A DNA stretch of 63,958 nucleotides, counting the filler, from Candidatus Babelota bacterium (GTDB lineage Bacteria > JAGOBX01), in the NCBI GenBank assembly GCA_017999075.1. It is 11 parts of 11 records of this genome, joined end to end, with 100 filler letters (N's around TTAATTAATTAA, not from the genome) between each part and the next. Parts side by side here need not be neighbours in the genome. Positions count along the whole stretch, not along the records: positions 46,383 to 49,280 come from JAGOBX010000532.1; positions 49,381 to 52,273 come from JAGOBX010000533.1; positions 52,374 to 55,252 come from JAGOBX010000534.1; positions 55,353 to 58,229 come from JAGOBX010000535.1; 7 more parts are not named here. One strand, 5' to 3'. Positions within the stretch are counted from its first letter, which is position 1; each line of letters opens with the position of its first letter. The notes under the pieces are model-generated. The model searched no databases. It saw only the letters and a program-made list of their open reading frames with translations, and was not told the origin of the DNA. Positions 46,773 through 57,063 of the stretch are shown piece by piece. Position numbers and translations under genes: made by a program.

Positions 46773-46817
46773 TCTGCAAAATCTCCACCACCGGTTCAAA
46801 TCCGGTCGTCGCCTCCA
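46773..46817 (+). mobile_element. 3' half of tRNA-Cys(GCA), an att core; not a complete tRNA
   Basis: CTGCAAA loop, ACCGG-TTCAAAT-CCGGT T arm, CGTCGCCTCCA end; 5' stem does not pair; IHF consensus TATCAATATGTTA and GTACCAAAA repeats upstream, GACCAAA repeats downstream. Confidence 0.8.
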
Positions 46818-47362
46818 TTCCAATTTTCCGCGGCTAACTCTCTTTTTATCAATCTATTTACTGTGTTACTCTGTATGATTTTCACAGACTTTTTTTACCG
46901 AACTTTTCCGCGCGGACCAAATACTGACCAAAAATACAAGGTCACGATTTTGCGGTCATAGCTTCTGTTTCGGCAACGGTCTGAACTGCCGGCTTAGTAT
47001 CGAGCAACTTTAAATCTTTAATTATGATAAATATTTTGGTGTTTTTATGCAGTATTTTAAAGTAGCACATAAAATATATTATATCATAAATGAGATTGTA
47101 GAATAAATATCTGAAAAAAATTATTTTGTGAATTGATATAAAATATTGTTTGCGAAATATTAAATATTATTTTTTTTGAAGTTTATTTATGCACAGATAA
47201 AAATAGACAAGAAACGGCTGCTGAATTTTTAATTTTTAAATATATACCTGATAAAACTGAAATTTTAAAATGCCGTTGTTCAGCACTTAATTTTTTATCT
47301 GTCAGCATAGTGTTTATATATTATAGGATATCAATCTCCTGATTTTGCAGATTGCAAATTTT

Positions 47363-48589
47363 TTATGTTAAATATTGCAGATATCCTGCAGCCGGAAGTA
47401 TCATAGCATTATTCTGTTTTAAAATAGGCGTGTCCAGATTTTTTACTAACTGAATAAATGGAATATTCAATTTATTTATCCAGTAATGCGCGGATTTGCT
47501 TAAATCCGTTTCGCTTAATTTCACTTCAATAAGCAATAATGGTTTTGTTTTATTAGCGATTATAAAATCGACTTCATGTCCGTCTTTATCTTTTAAAAAA
47601 TGCAGAGAGTATGAACCAATACCGCAGTCGTTAAGCCGGTTAACATACATTAGAATGTTTAATGCAATAAAATTTTCAAAACGGCTGCCTTCATTAACAG
47701 CAAGAGAATAATCGTAAAAATATATTTTCTTTTCTTTTTTTATAGCGCGGGCTAAAGATTTATTATATGGCGGAACTTCAAAAATCAGAAATACCCGTTT
47801 CAATAAATCAATGTATCTGACAACTGTTTTATAGGAAATCTGCAAATCATCTGCAATTGACTGCGCCTGCAAGGGACTGGATAGCCGTTCGGGCAGTAAA
47901 AGCATTAAATTCTCAATGGTTGTGATATTTTCAATAGCAGCGAGTGTCTGAATATCTTCCCGTGATATCTGTCTTATATAATCATTTGACCATTTGTTGA
48001 CAAACCTTTTATTATTTGAAATAAGTGGTTCAGGAAATGCAGTCAAAGAATATAGATTTTCGAAAGAAGATTTTATTTTCTTATTTCCATTAGTTATATA
48101 CTGAAAATTTTTTTCAATCCATTCATAAGAAAGCGGAGAAGCATTATTCTCAATGACTGAAAATTTCTGCGCAAATTCCGATACGCCGAAAGGATTAAAT
48201 TTATAACCAAAATATCTGCCTGCAAGCGAGTCGCCGGCTTTCAGGAACGTGTCAAGTCTTGCGCTTCCTGTTACTATAATTTGACACTTATCAGAAAATT
48301 CGTCATAAATACCTTTCAAAGTATTTTTCCAGTTTTTTAATTTATGTATTTCGTCAAATACAAAAATATTATCTTTGCCTGGCTTTATGTAATCATATAA
48401 GAAACGCGGATTTTTAAGATACTCGCGTCTGACAGTCAAATCGTCCCAGTTAAAATATGAGCCGCCTTTTTGTTTGATAATTTTTTTTGCGGTTGTTGTT
48501 TTTCCGCTCTGTCTCGGTCCATACAGGAACAGCATTTTTTTCGGCAGGGCAAATAAATAAGTTTCAATATATCGCTTATAAACTTTCAT
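47363..48589 (-). CDS. AAA_14/DUF4143 ATP-binding protein
   Basis: GPRQSGKTT, FDEIHK, VTGSARLD, DSLAGR, KIYFYD, FENFIA, EVDFI, IEVK. Confidence 0.92.
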   Translation of the reverse strand: MKVYKRYIETYLFALPKKMLFLYGPRQSGKTTTAKKIIKQKGGSYFNWDDLTVRREYLKNPRFLYDYIKPGKDNIFVFDEIHKLKNWKNTLKGIYDEFSDKCQIIVTGSARLDTFLKAGDSLAGRYFGYKFNPFGVSEFAQKFSVIENNASPLSYEWIEKNFQYITNGNKKIKSSFENLYSLTAFPEPLISNNKRFVNKWSNDYIRQISREDIQTLAAIENITTIENLMLLLPERLSSPLQAQSIADDLQISYKTVVRYIDLLKRVFLIFEVPPYNKSLARAIKKEKKIYFYDYSLAVNEGSRFENFIALNILMYVNRLNDCGIGSYSLHFLKDKDGHEVDFIIANKTKPLLLIEVKLSETDLSKSAHYWINKLNIPFIQLVKNLDTPILKQNNAMILPAAGYLQYLT

Positions 48590-48813
48590 TTTTTTCTCTG
48601 TAATAAAATATATTTTTCATTTAAAAATATACAATATATAAAATAAAAAATCAAGTCTATCTTATACAACAATCCAAAATAGACGTGTCCGTTTTGGAAT
48701 ATGAGTAAAAATAGACAGAATTATAAATAATAATTCAAAAAAATTATAATTGAATATTTTTTATGTTATATTATAATTGATTGTAATAAATGAAATTCTT
48801 AAGGACGTTAAAT

Positions 48814-49170
48814 ATGCAAGCATATAAATTTGAAACAACAATTACCGAACCCGGCAAAATAGAAATGCCTTTTGATTATAGAATTTTAATCAATCATAAG
48901 GTAGAGATACTTTTACTTGATACCGGTAAATATGGTTCAGAAAAAGAAAAAATTTAGAATGCCGGCCTACAAATGCGGCGGTCAGGTTAAAGAATTCAGC
49001 AGAGAAGATTTATATGCGCCAAGTATATAGTTATTTTATTGATACAAATGTCCTGATTTATTCTACCTTATGAAGATTTGGGACATAGAAAAACATAAAA
49101 AATCTACCGACTCATTAAATAAACTTATAAAAGATAATAAATCTCTTTATATTTCAACTCAAATAAAAAA
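48814..49170 (+). pseudogene. Frameshifted VapBC-like toxin-antitoxin pair
   Basis: Antitoxin-like MQAYKFETTITEPGKIEMP...KVEILLL continues in another frame to FSREDLY; overlapping PIN toxin from 49014 (YFIDTNVLIYST) continues in another frame to EKHKKS...LYISTQI. Confidence 0.7.
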
Positions 49171-49380
49171 ATTGAAAAATGTAAGTAAATTACAAAAAAA
49201 ACAGCAGGATTTATTAGAGGAAATAAGAAACATCGATAATCTTTGCAGAAGAACTGTTGTACTTTTAAAGCAAACCTGCANNNNNNNNNNNNNNNNNNNN
49301 NNNNNNNNNNNNNNNNNNNNNNNNTTAATTAATTAANNNNNNNNNNNNNNNNNNNNNNNNNNNNNNNNNNNNNNNNNNNN

Positions 49381-50984
49381 ATTTGAGATTTATCTAAAAA
49401 GTAATTGCCAGCAATACTGGTAATAGTAAAATCAGTGCCAACTGTGCCTTGGGTATTAGAAATAGCTCCTAAGGTTGACTCGCGATAAGTATTGTATTCA
49501 TAATTGCCTGAAACAAAATATTCATTTATTTTAGAAAAATTCGATAAACGCAACCCAATATTGACAAAATTAAAATATTTTTTAATAATTTTTTTGGAAT
49601 CAAGAATTTTATCCATTTTTTCAAAATCAGATATTATTTTATTATTTCCTGCCATAATTATGGTGTATGTTAACGGAAAAATATTCACATCAAAAAAAAC
49701 CTTTTTCATTCCTGAAATTACACTTTTTTTTAATAATTCAGATTCTCTTGAAATATAATTTGATTCACCTGGAAACAAAAAAGAAACAATTCCTGTTTCG
49801 GTTAATTTGGATTTTATCAAAGCATATGTTTCAGGATAATAATAAAAAGCATTTTGAAGAAGAGCAGTGTTTTTTATATCAATTATTATAAAATCAAACT
49901 TTTTCTTAGATTTAGTAAGATAATTCTGCAGGCTTCCGAAATGTATCTTTACATTTTTCAATTGACTCAATAATAATTCAGAACTGTTATCAATTGTTTT
50001 AAGCGCAGAAAAATAAAGCTTTTCAGAAGGAAATACAACATTTATTTCCTCAGTATTCACTGATTTCAGTTTATCCATCAAAGGAAAAAATAAAATACCG
50101 TCAATCAAAAGAACTGGTTTTTCTTTAGTTTGAACTGTTCCTGAAAAGATTATTTCTTCATCTATTCCCGGCTCAAATTGAAATAAAACAGGCGTTCCGG
50201 AAATCATCAAACATTTTTCATTTTCGGAGCTGATTAAAATATGTTTTCCATACTCATCATTTATTTCTTCCGATAAAAAAAAACCCGGATAAATTTTCCG
50301 GATCAAATAATTACTGAAATCATTATAAGAAAATATAAAAAAAACACTAATGAAAAAACACAATATGCCTGTCAAACTAATTTTTTTAGAATTTAAATAA
50401 ATATAAATAATCAACAAAAAATTTATTACAACACCAAGAAAAGAAAATAAATAAAAATCTATTATATAATTTACTGAAAAGTAAGTAAGTAATCCTGCGA
50501 TTATAAAACCTGCGGTTTCTTTTATATATAACGATGTAACAGTATGCGTTTTTTCATTGGAATTAAGCAGACAACAAAAAATAAAACTATTAATAAAACA
50601 CGGTATTATAATTGATATAACTACAATAATTAAACATTTTATTATATTAATTTCTGTATTTCCTGAAACAAAAAATATGCCTGAATATTTTATAAAAATC
50701 AATGAGGCAATACATACCAGTAAATATATAAAACATAAATAAACAAATTTTTTTTCACTAAATCTGAATTTTAATCCGGATATGCACCCTGCAATATTAG
50801 CCGAAAACCATATAAACCAGTAAAATGATATTATATATTCGCTGCCGTTAAACAGAGATAATAATTCCCTGAATAAAACAGTTTGAAAAGTCAAGCAGAT
50901 TATACTTATAAAAAAAAATATAAGGCCTGTATTTAAGTTATTGTTACCGGAATTTCCCATTGATTTTATAACCGCAAAATTCAC
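49381..50984 (-). CDS. Membrane protein with spermidine-synthase-like domain (3'-partial)
   Basis: FQTVLFRELLSLFNGSE, LYIKETAG multi-TM N-terminus; KKFDFIIID...YY.E.Y.LIKSKL...GI. Confidence 0.75.
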
Positions 50985-52206
50985 AGGTTCCTGAATTTGA
51001 AATTTTTAATGATTTGATATTATATCCTTTTCTTTCGGCTATAAGTTTACCGCAACCCGGACAATAAGTATTGGTTTTATCTGAATCAAGATTTCCTATA
51101 TAAACAAATTTTAAACCTTCGGATTTTGCAATATTAAAAGCTTTAATCATAGTATGTTCAGGAGTAGGAGGTTTATTTTTAAGTTTGTAATTAGGAAAAA
51201 ATCTCAAAAAATGAACAGGTACATCTTCTCCTAAATTAACTTTTATCCAACTAACAAATTTTTTTATTTCATTATCAGAATCATTTGCCCCTGTGATAAT
51301 AAGGTAACTCACTTCAAGCCATATATTTTCTTGTTTTAATATTTTTAGCGACTCAAGAACAGGCTTCAATTTAGCTGTAGTAAAACTTCTATAAAAATTT
51401 TCACTCATACCTTTAACGTCTATTGTTGCCGCATCAATATATTTACAAAGTTCGCGCAGAGGTTCTTCATTTATATATCCAGCGCTGACAATAGCATTTT
51501 TTAATCCCTGTTTTTTCGCTATTTTAGCGGTTTCAAGAACATATTCGTAATAAATAACAGGTTCATTATATGTATATGATATTATATCCGATTTACTTTT
51601 TTTCGCATATTCAACAATCTGTTCAGGTTCTACTGCGGTTATCGCACGCATATCAAAAGGATTTAACTGAGAAATATTCCAATTCTGACAATTTATACAA
51701 TGAAGATTACATCCTGCAGTAGCAATTGAAAAGGTAGAACTTTTCGGAAAAAAATGAAAAAAAGGTTTTTTTTCTATAGGATCAAGCGCCATAGTTACAG
51801 GGCGGCCAAATACCAGACTATAAAGTTTTCCATCTATATTGGCGCGGGCTCTGCAATCTCCCTGTTCACCTTCTTCTATAACGCATTCTTTAGGACACAA
51901 CAGGCATAAAATTCTTCCCGCTTCCAATTTTTCATAGTATTTTGCTTCTTTTAAAGCAAGACCTTTAGCATTTACAAGAGCTTTAGTAATTTTTATTGAA
52001 TCATTACCAGGATTAAACACAACTTCAGTAATTCCTGTTTTTTCATAGGAAAGACTTTTCCGGAATTCAATATTGCTTTCAGTATTTTTATTCGCAGAAA
52101 TAGTATTATATTCCGAATACTTTTCAGCATTACGATTTTCCGTTATCTGATATATTAAAAATAAAATTACAATTATAAAAATAAAATAAGGAAAAAACTT
52201 TTTCAT
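50944..52206 (-). CDS. amrS: AmmeMemoRadiSam system radical SAM enzyme with N-terminal membrane anchor
   Basis: CLLCPKEC, DPIEKKPFFHF, AGCNLHCINCQNWNISQ, YTYNEP, HFLRFFP, YIGN...TYCPGC...CEFCG. Confidence 0.9.
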   Translation of the reverse strand: MKKFFPYFIFIIVILFLIYQITENRNAEKYSEYNTISANKNTESNIEFRKSLSYEKTGITEVVFNPGNDSIKITKALVNAKGLALKEAKYYEKLEAGRILCLLCPKECVIEEGEQGDCRARANIDGKLYSLVFGRPVTMALDPIEKKPFFHFFPKSSTFSIATAGCNLHCINCQNWNISQLNPFDMRAITAVEPEQIVEYAKKSKSDIISYTYNEPVIYYEYVLETAKIAKKQGLKNAIVSAGYINEEPLRELCKYIDAATIDVKGMSENFYRSFTTAKLKPVLESLKILKQENIWLEVSYLIITGANDSDNEIKKFVSWIKVNLGEDVPVHFLRFFPNYKLKNKPPTPEHTMIKAFNIAKSEGLKFVYIGNLDSDKTNTYCPGCGKLIAERKGYNIKSLKISNSGTCEFCGYKINGKFR

Positions 52207-52373
52207 TTTTAACAGTATATCGGATTATACTAATAATTTCAAGAAAAAAATAATAAACAATGGCTGCGGCAAANNNNNNNNNNNNNNNNNNNNNNNNNNN
52301 NNNNNNNNNNNNNNNNNTTAATTAATTAANNNNNNNNNNNNNNNNNNNNNNNNNNNNNNNNNNNNNNNNNNNN

Positions 52374-52876
52374 CATAAAATTATTTGAATTAATGTGTGA
52401 TTGTTGGTCTCAAGGTTTGTCAGCAGTCTTATTTCTTCGAGAGTTTCAATGCTAATTAATTGAGATTCGTCTATTATTGTTGCCACAATCCTGTTTTCAG
52501 AATATTCTTTTATCAAAAATTTATTAAGCGATTCAAGAAGATAAACTTTAGAGTTTTCTTTTTTGTTAAATCTGACGCCGAAGTCTATAAGCATATTTTT
52601 TAAAAGTTCGACAAACGATAATGTCGGATTGAATATATAAGCTATTTTAATCTTAGGGATTGTTTCAGAACTGTGAATTTTGTCCATAATTAAACGGCTG
52701 ATAGTTGTTTTCCCGCTTCCGACAGGGCCTGTTAAAACCAAAAAACCTTTTAAATTCTCAATTCCATACATCAATGTTTTATAAACGTCCTGATGTATAG
52801 CTGAAAAATAAAAAAAATCTGCATTAGGAGTTAATTCAAAAGGAGCTTTTATAAAATTAAAATATTTAAGGTACAT
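52374..52876 (-). CDS. ExeA/GspA-family AAA ATPase, 3'-partial
   Basis: MYLKYF....PFELTP, LTGPVGSGKTT, IIDESQ, LEEIRLLTNLET. Confidence 0.9.
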
Positions 52877-52885
52877 TTTAGCGTT

Positions 52886-55252
52886 TTAATTATTTTTAAT
52901 TTTTATATTTTTTACCGGTAAATCTTCGACAGGAGTTTCATTTAAATTATCATTTGATATAACCGGGGTTATAAATATCAGCAATTCAGTATTGACATCA
53001 TTTTTTTCTTCTGAAGTAAACAGCGCTTTTCCAAGATAGGGTATCTTGCTTAAAATAGGAACTTTTTTTATTGAAGTAACCTGGTCTTTTTTTATCATTC
53101 CGCCTAAAGCTACAGTATAGTTATTTTTTACAATTACAATTGTTGAAGCTTCACGTTTTTTTATGACAGGATTGTTTAACATTGACAATGTTTCTATTTC
53201 ACTTACAGTTTGTTTTATATTGAGCATAATTGAACTGTCAGAACTTATATTGGGAGTTACTTCAAGAGTTATTCCCACATCTTTATATTCGGTTGCAACA
53301 TCAGGATAATTGGTAAGATTGTGGTTTAAAACTATTGATTGAGTTGTTGCAGGTAAACTTAAAGAATTGTTTGATTTGTCCGTATTATTATTATCATCTG
53401 AAGAACTACCCTGTATTTTAACTATAGGAACTTCTTTTCCTATAATTATTTTAGCCGGTGTATTGTTTTTAGTCAATATCTGTGGTTTTGATAATATGTT
53501 GACTGAAGACTGTTCAGCAGCTAAATTAAAAAATAAATTATATTTGTTAGTGTTTAGCAAAGAATATCTTAGGCCCGTTAATGGAGAATTTAAAGCCAGA
53601 TCAGCCTGTCTTAAATTTTGTTCAACGCCTGCGCTTTGATACTTATCTCCCAACTGCCATTCAAAACCATACCGTTCAGAATCATCCAGTTTGACTTCTG
53701 CGATTAAAACTTTTATTAACACCTGTTCAGGTTTTTTATCTAATTCAAACAGAGCTGCTTTCATTTCATTAAGCCGTTTTTTGTTTTTTGTTCTGATAAT
53801 TACTGAATTGGAATTTTCTGATGAGACTATATTTATATTGTCGGAAGATGAAGAAGATGCAGTATTGGAATATAATTTGTTTAAAAATTCAGATACTTCC
53901 TTCGAAGAATTATAAACAAGATTATGAACATATACAAATTCATTTTTTAGTTCAGGAGACTGCTGTTCATCGGCATCCAGTATGGATAATATGTCAGAAA
54001 TATAACGCTCCATAAATTTCGGCAACGCCGCCAAAATTGAATTATTATATGTCAACGGGCATAATTTAATATCTTCATCGATATTATCAACGGATTTTAA
54101 AATTTCTATATCAGATGCTCTGTCCTGATTTAAAACTTGCGTTAATTTTGAATGTGCAAGTAAAACATTCAGAATATGTATTTTATACATTTTTATATTT
54201 GTTTTTTTAAGAATTTCTGTTATTTGCTCCCATTTTTCAGTCAATTCTTTCAAAACTTTTATATCGGCAAATGCTATGCATATATTAAATTCCGGCAAAA
54301 TACGGAATTTAAGACCTTCATCCTGAATAATTTTTACAGATGTATCAAAGTTTGTTAATTCATGTTCATATTCGAATATTATAATTGCGTTACGTTTTGA
54401 TTTGAAATTTAATCCTCCTGCATTTTCTATCTTATTTTTTATGATTTTATAATCGTTTAAATTTAAAATTGATACAAATATTTCAGGGAAAAATTTAAAA
54501 GGAACCTGATATTTTGACAAAACTGTTATTGTGTCATCGCTTATTAATTCAGAAACAGAATATGAAGTCTGCATTTCCTTATTCATAGATGCAACAAAAT
54601 CTTTGAGTTTTATGGATTCGTATTTGAAAATTTTACCATTGCTTTTTTCCTGAAGAAATTCATTACTGTATAATAACTCGGAATTTTTATCGTATATTAT
54701 CCATTTTCCTGTTTTTAAATATTTTTCTTTGTTGTCAGGAATTTTATAAATTTTAACAAACTCGTGTATTTCCTGAACTTCATAATTTGTATTTTGATAA
54801 ATATATTCAATTAATTTTTTATATTTTTTTAGATGATATCTTATATCCGAAATAACAATTAAATTGTCTTTGTCAAAATATTTTATGTTTGATAATGGAA
54901 ATTTAATTTTTTCTATTACTGATTTTACCTGAAGATATAAGGATGATTTTACAAAAAAAGGTTCATTATCCATTGTCAAATCAGTTGAATCAACCATATC
55001 ATTTTCTATGCCGCTTACCAGAAAATTCAGAGTTTTGTTTTGCTCTTTATTATGTGGTTGCTGGTTTCCTGAATTAGATAATGAAAAAGTTTTTAAATCA
55101 GCAGGGTATAAATCATATATTTGATTGAATTTCGGATCTTTTTTTTCAATACCGTAATTATTCATTAAAATAATATAATCATTATGATCTATTACATTAT
55201 CTCTATTAAAATCACACATATTATAAAATTGTTCTTTATTGCTGTCTAATCC
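52886..55252 (-). CDS. GspD-like secretin with dockerin/EF-hand-like N-terminal repeats, 5'-partial
   Basis: LDKKPEQVLIKVLIAEV, ILSKPQILT.NN..A.I.IG.EVP, YKDVGITLEVTP, KVPILSKIPYLG.LF, ELLIFITP; N-terminal CDFNRDNVIDHNDY...NYG. Confidence 0.88.
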   Translation of the reverse strand, partial: GLDSNKEQFYNMCDFNRDNVIDHNDYIILMNNYGIEKKDPKFNQIYDLYPADLKTFSLSNSGNQQPHNKEQNKTLNFLVSGIENDMVDSTDLTMDNEPFFVKSSLYLQVKSVIEKIKFPLSNIKYFDKDNLIVISDIRYHLKKYKKLIEYIYQNTNYEVQEIHEFVKIYKIPDNKEKYLKTGKWIIYDKNSELLYSNEFLQEKSNGKIFKYESIKLKDFVASMNKEMQTSYSVSELISDDTITVLSKYQVPFKFFPEIFVSILNLNDYKIIKNKIENAGGLNFKSKRNAIIIFEYEHELTNFDTSVKIIQDEGLKFRILPEFNICIAFADIKVLKELTEKWEQITEILKKTNIKMYKIHILNVLLAHSKLTQVLNQDRASDIEILKSVDNIDEDIKLCPLTYNNSILAALPKFMERYISDILSILDADEQQSPELKNEFVYVHNLVYNSSKEVSEFLNKLYSNTASSSSSDNINIVSSENSNSVIIRTKNKKRLNEMKAALFELDKKPEQVLIKVLIAEVKLDDSERYGFEWQLGDKYQSAGVEQNLRQADLALNSPLTGLRYSLLNTNKYNLFFNLAAEQSSVNILSKPQILTKNNTPAKIIIGKEVPIVKIQGSSSDDNNNTDKSNNSLSLPATTQSIVLNHNLTNYPDVATEYKDVGITLEVTPNISSDSSIMLNIKQTVSEIETLSMLNNPVIKKREASTIVIVKNNYTVALGGMIKKDQVTSIKKVPILSKIPYLGKALFTSEEKNDVNTELLIFITPVISNDNLNETPVEDLPVKNIKIKNN

Positions 55253-55352
55253 NNNNNNNNNNNNNNNNNNNNNNNNNNNNNNNNNNNNNNNNNNNNTTAA
55301 TTAATTAANNNNNNNNNNNNNNNNNNNNNNNNNNNNNNNNNNNNNNNNNNNN

Positions 55353-57063
55353 ACATTATTAATTCGCCTATAGTCAAATCTCCTATAAGTATTCTGGATA
55401 CCGCATACCATGTGAAAATCATTCCTGATATTATAGCGGCTATAGCAATGATAAATTCAAATCCGTTTGTTATAGCCGTAATTATCATAGAATTTTTTCT
55501 TATGTTAAGGTAAAGATATTTGAGTTTTTTTATCACTCTGTCTTTTATATCGTATCCCTGTATTGCTCGTACTCCTGAAATGGATTCGTAGCTTTTTGCC
55601 GAATATTCTTCCTGCCGCGCCGTAATGGATTTCACATATTTTCTGATATAATCCGATAACTTATAATAACAATACGCGTTAAACGGTATTACGATTGCGC
55701 TTAATAATGCCAGTTTATAATCAATAATAATTATAATGACCGGAAATAGAAAAAAATATAAAATATATTCCAGCATTTGTATTATTAAATTTGACAATAT
55801 GCCTATTGCCGCCGACAAATCGCTGAATTTAAATATAACCTCGCCAGTTTTTTTATTTGTAAAATATGAAAACGGAAGATCGAAAATTTTTTTATAAAAT
55901 CTGAATTTTACGTCGTAATCTATTAAACTCTGCATATAAGCCGAATAGTAATTTTGCAGTAAATCAAGAAGAGCTTTGAATCCTGCAGCTATGCCTCCGG
56001 TTATTAAAAGTATTTTTAAAAGTCCGTAATTTTTTGCCGGTATTACTGTATCGAATATTAATTTTGTAAAATATGTGGGTATCATTGCAAGACCCGCGGC
56101 AAGTAATCCGTATGCGGTTACTTCTATAAAATAAAAATAATACGGCTTAAGAAATTTAAGAAGTTTGATTAAACTGTAAAGCCGGTAGTATTTATAATCT
56201 TCCTGCAATATTGAAGATTCAACGCTTTGTATTAAAAAATAAACAGGATGCAGCAATATCGAATAATTTTTTGTATATCCTCTGCGTTTGCCCGATTTAA
56301 AATCTTCGCTGAATCCTCCGAACGGTTTTAATATCTCTTCGGTTATTTTATAATAATAATAAAATTTATGTCTTATATTTTGTTCGTTTAAAAAATTTAT
56401 TCCGTATTCGTATAAATTGTAATTGTGTTTTTTTAATTCGTATAACACGTATGAACTTGAAGTTGATTGAGCCCAGATGCGTTCAAGCCGGAAATATGTT
56501 TCTATTAATCTGTGAAATCCTTCGCCCATTAAAAATTGAGCGTTGTTGTGATTATTTTTAACGTTTTCTTTTAATCTTTCGGACTCTATAAATAATCTGT
56601 ATCTGATTCTTTCAATTTCGGCTTTTTTTAAGGGATAAGGACCGTCGGCATATATTTCTTTGGCAAGCGATTTTAAATATTCGCACACTCCTGAATTTTT
56701 ATCTTCTATTTTTTCAAAATAATCGCCTGCTTTTTCATCTCCGTAAATTACGCAATCTTTAAATATGAAAACCCATTTTGCGTTTCGTTCTTTAACGATT
56801 TTATGTTGACAATAACTTAACGGCTGATATTGTATTTCTATTGAATAATCTTCGAACTCAAAATTTTTTTCTTCATAAACATTCCTGCCGGTTAAAATTA
56901 TAAATTTTAACGGTTCAGTTATTTTATTTCCGGTTTCGCTTTCTATTTCAAGTTTTAGAGAGCGTCCGTATCCTATGAGTCCTACGCTATGCTTTTCAGA
57001 CGATAATAATTTTAATAATCTATTGATTGAAGAGTTTTTTGTAATATTAAGATTTATATTCAT
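55353..57063 (-). CDS. Type I secretion-like ABC transporter (3'-partial) with an N-terminal nucleotidyltransferase-fold domain
   Basis: ABC membrane domain LIFDTVIP, LPFSYF..KKTGEV, ESISGVRAIQ, LTIGELI; N-terminal LAKEIYADGPYPL..EIERIRY...ILKPFGG resembles NTase-plus-helical proteins. Confidence 0.72.

Noticed and set aside
45140-46817. Functional tRNA-Lys and tRNA-Cys genes
   Set aside because: Only 3' halves are present; the D arm and 5' acceptor strand cannot be formed
45124-46961. Short ORFs 45124-45309, 46131-46334, 46437-46673 and 46749-46961
   Set aside because: They are read-throughs of att cores, attC and IS-like ends, not credible genes
49381-49490. Abrupt Thr/Gly-rich tail (STLGAISNTQGTVGTDFTITSIAG) of the spermidine-synthase-like ORF as a novel fusion
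   Set aside because: It lies at the contig edge and may be a chimeric end; cannot be judged without reads
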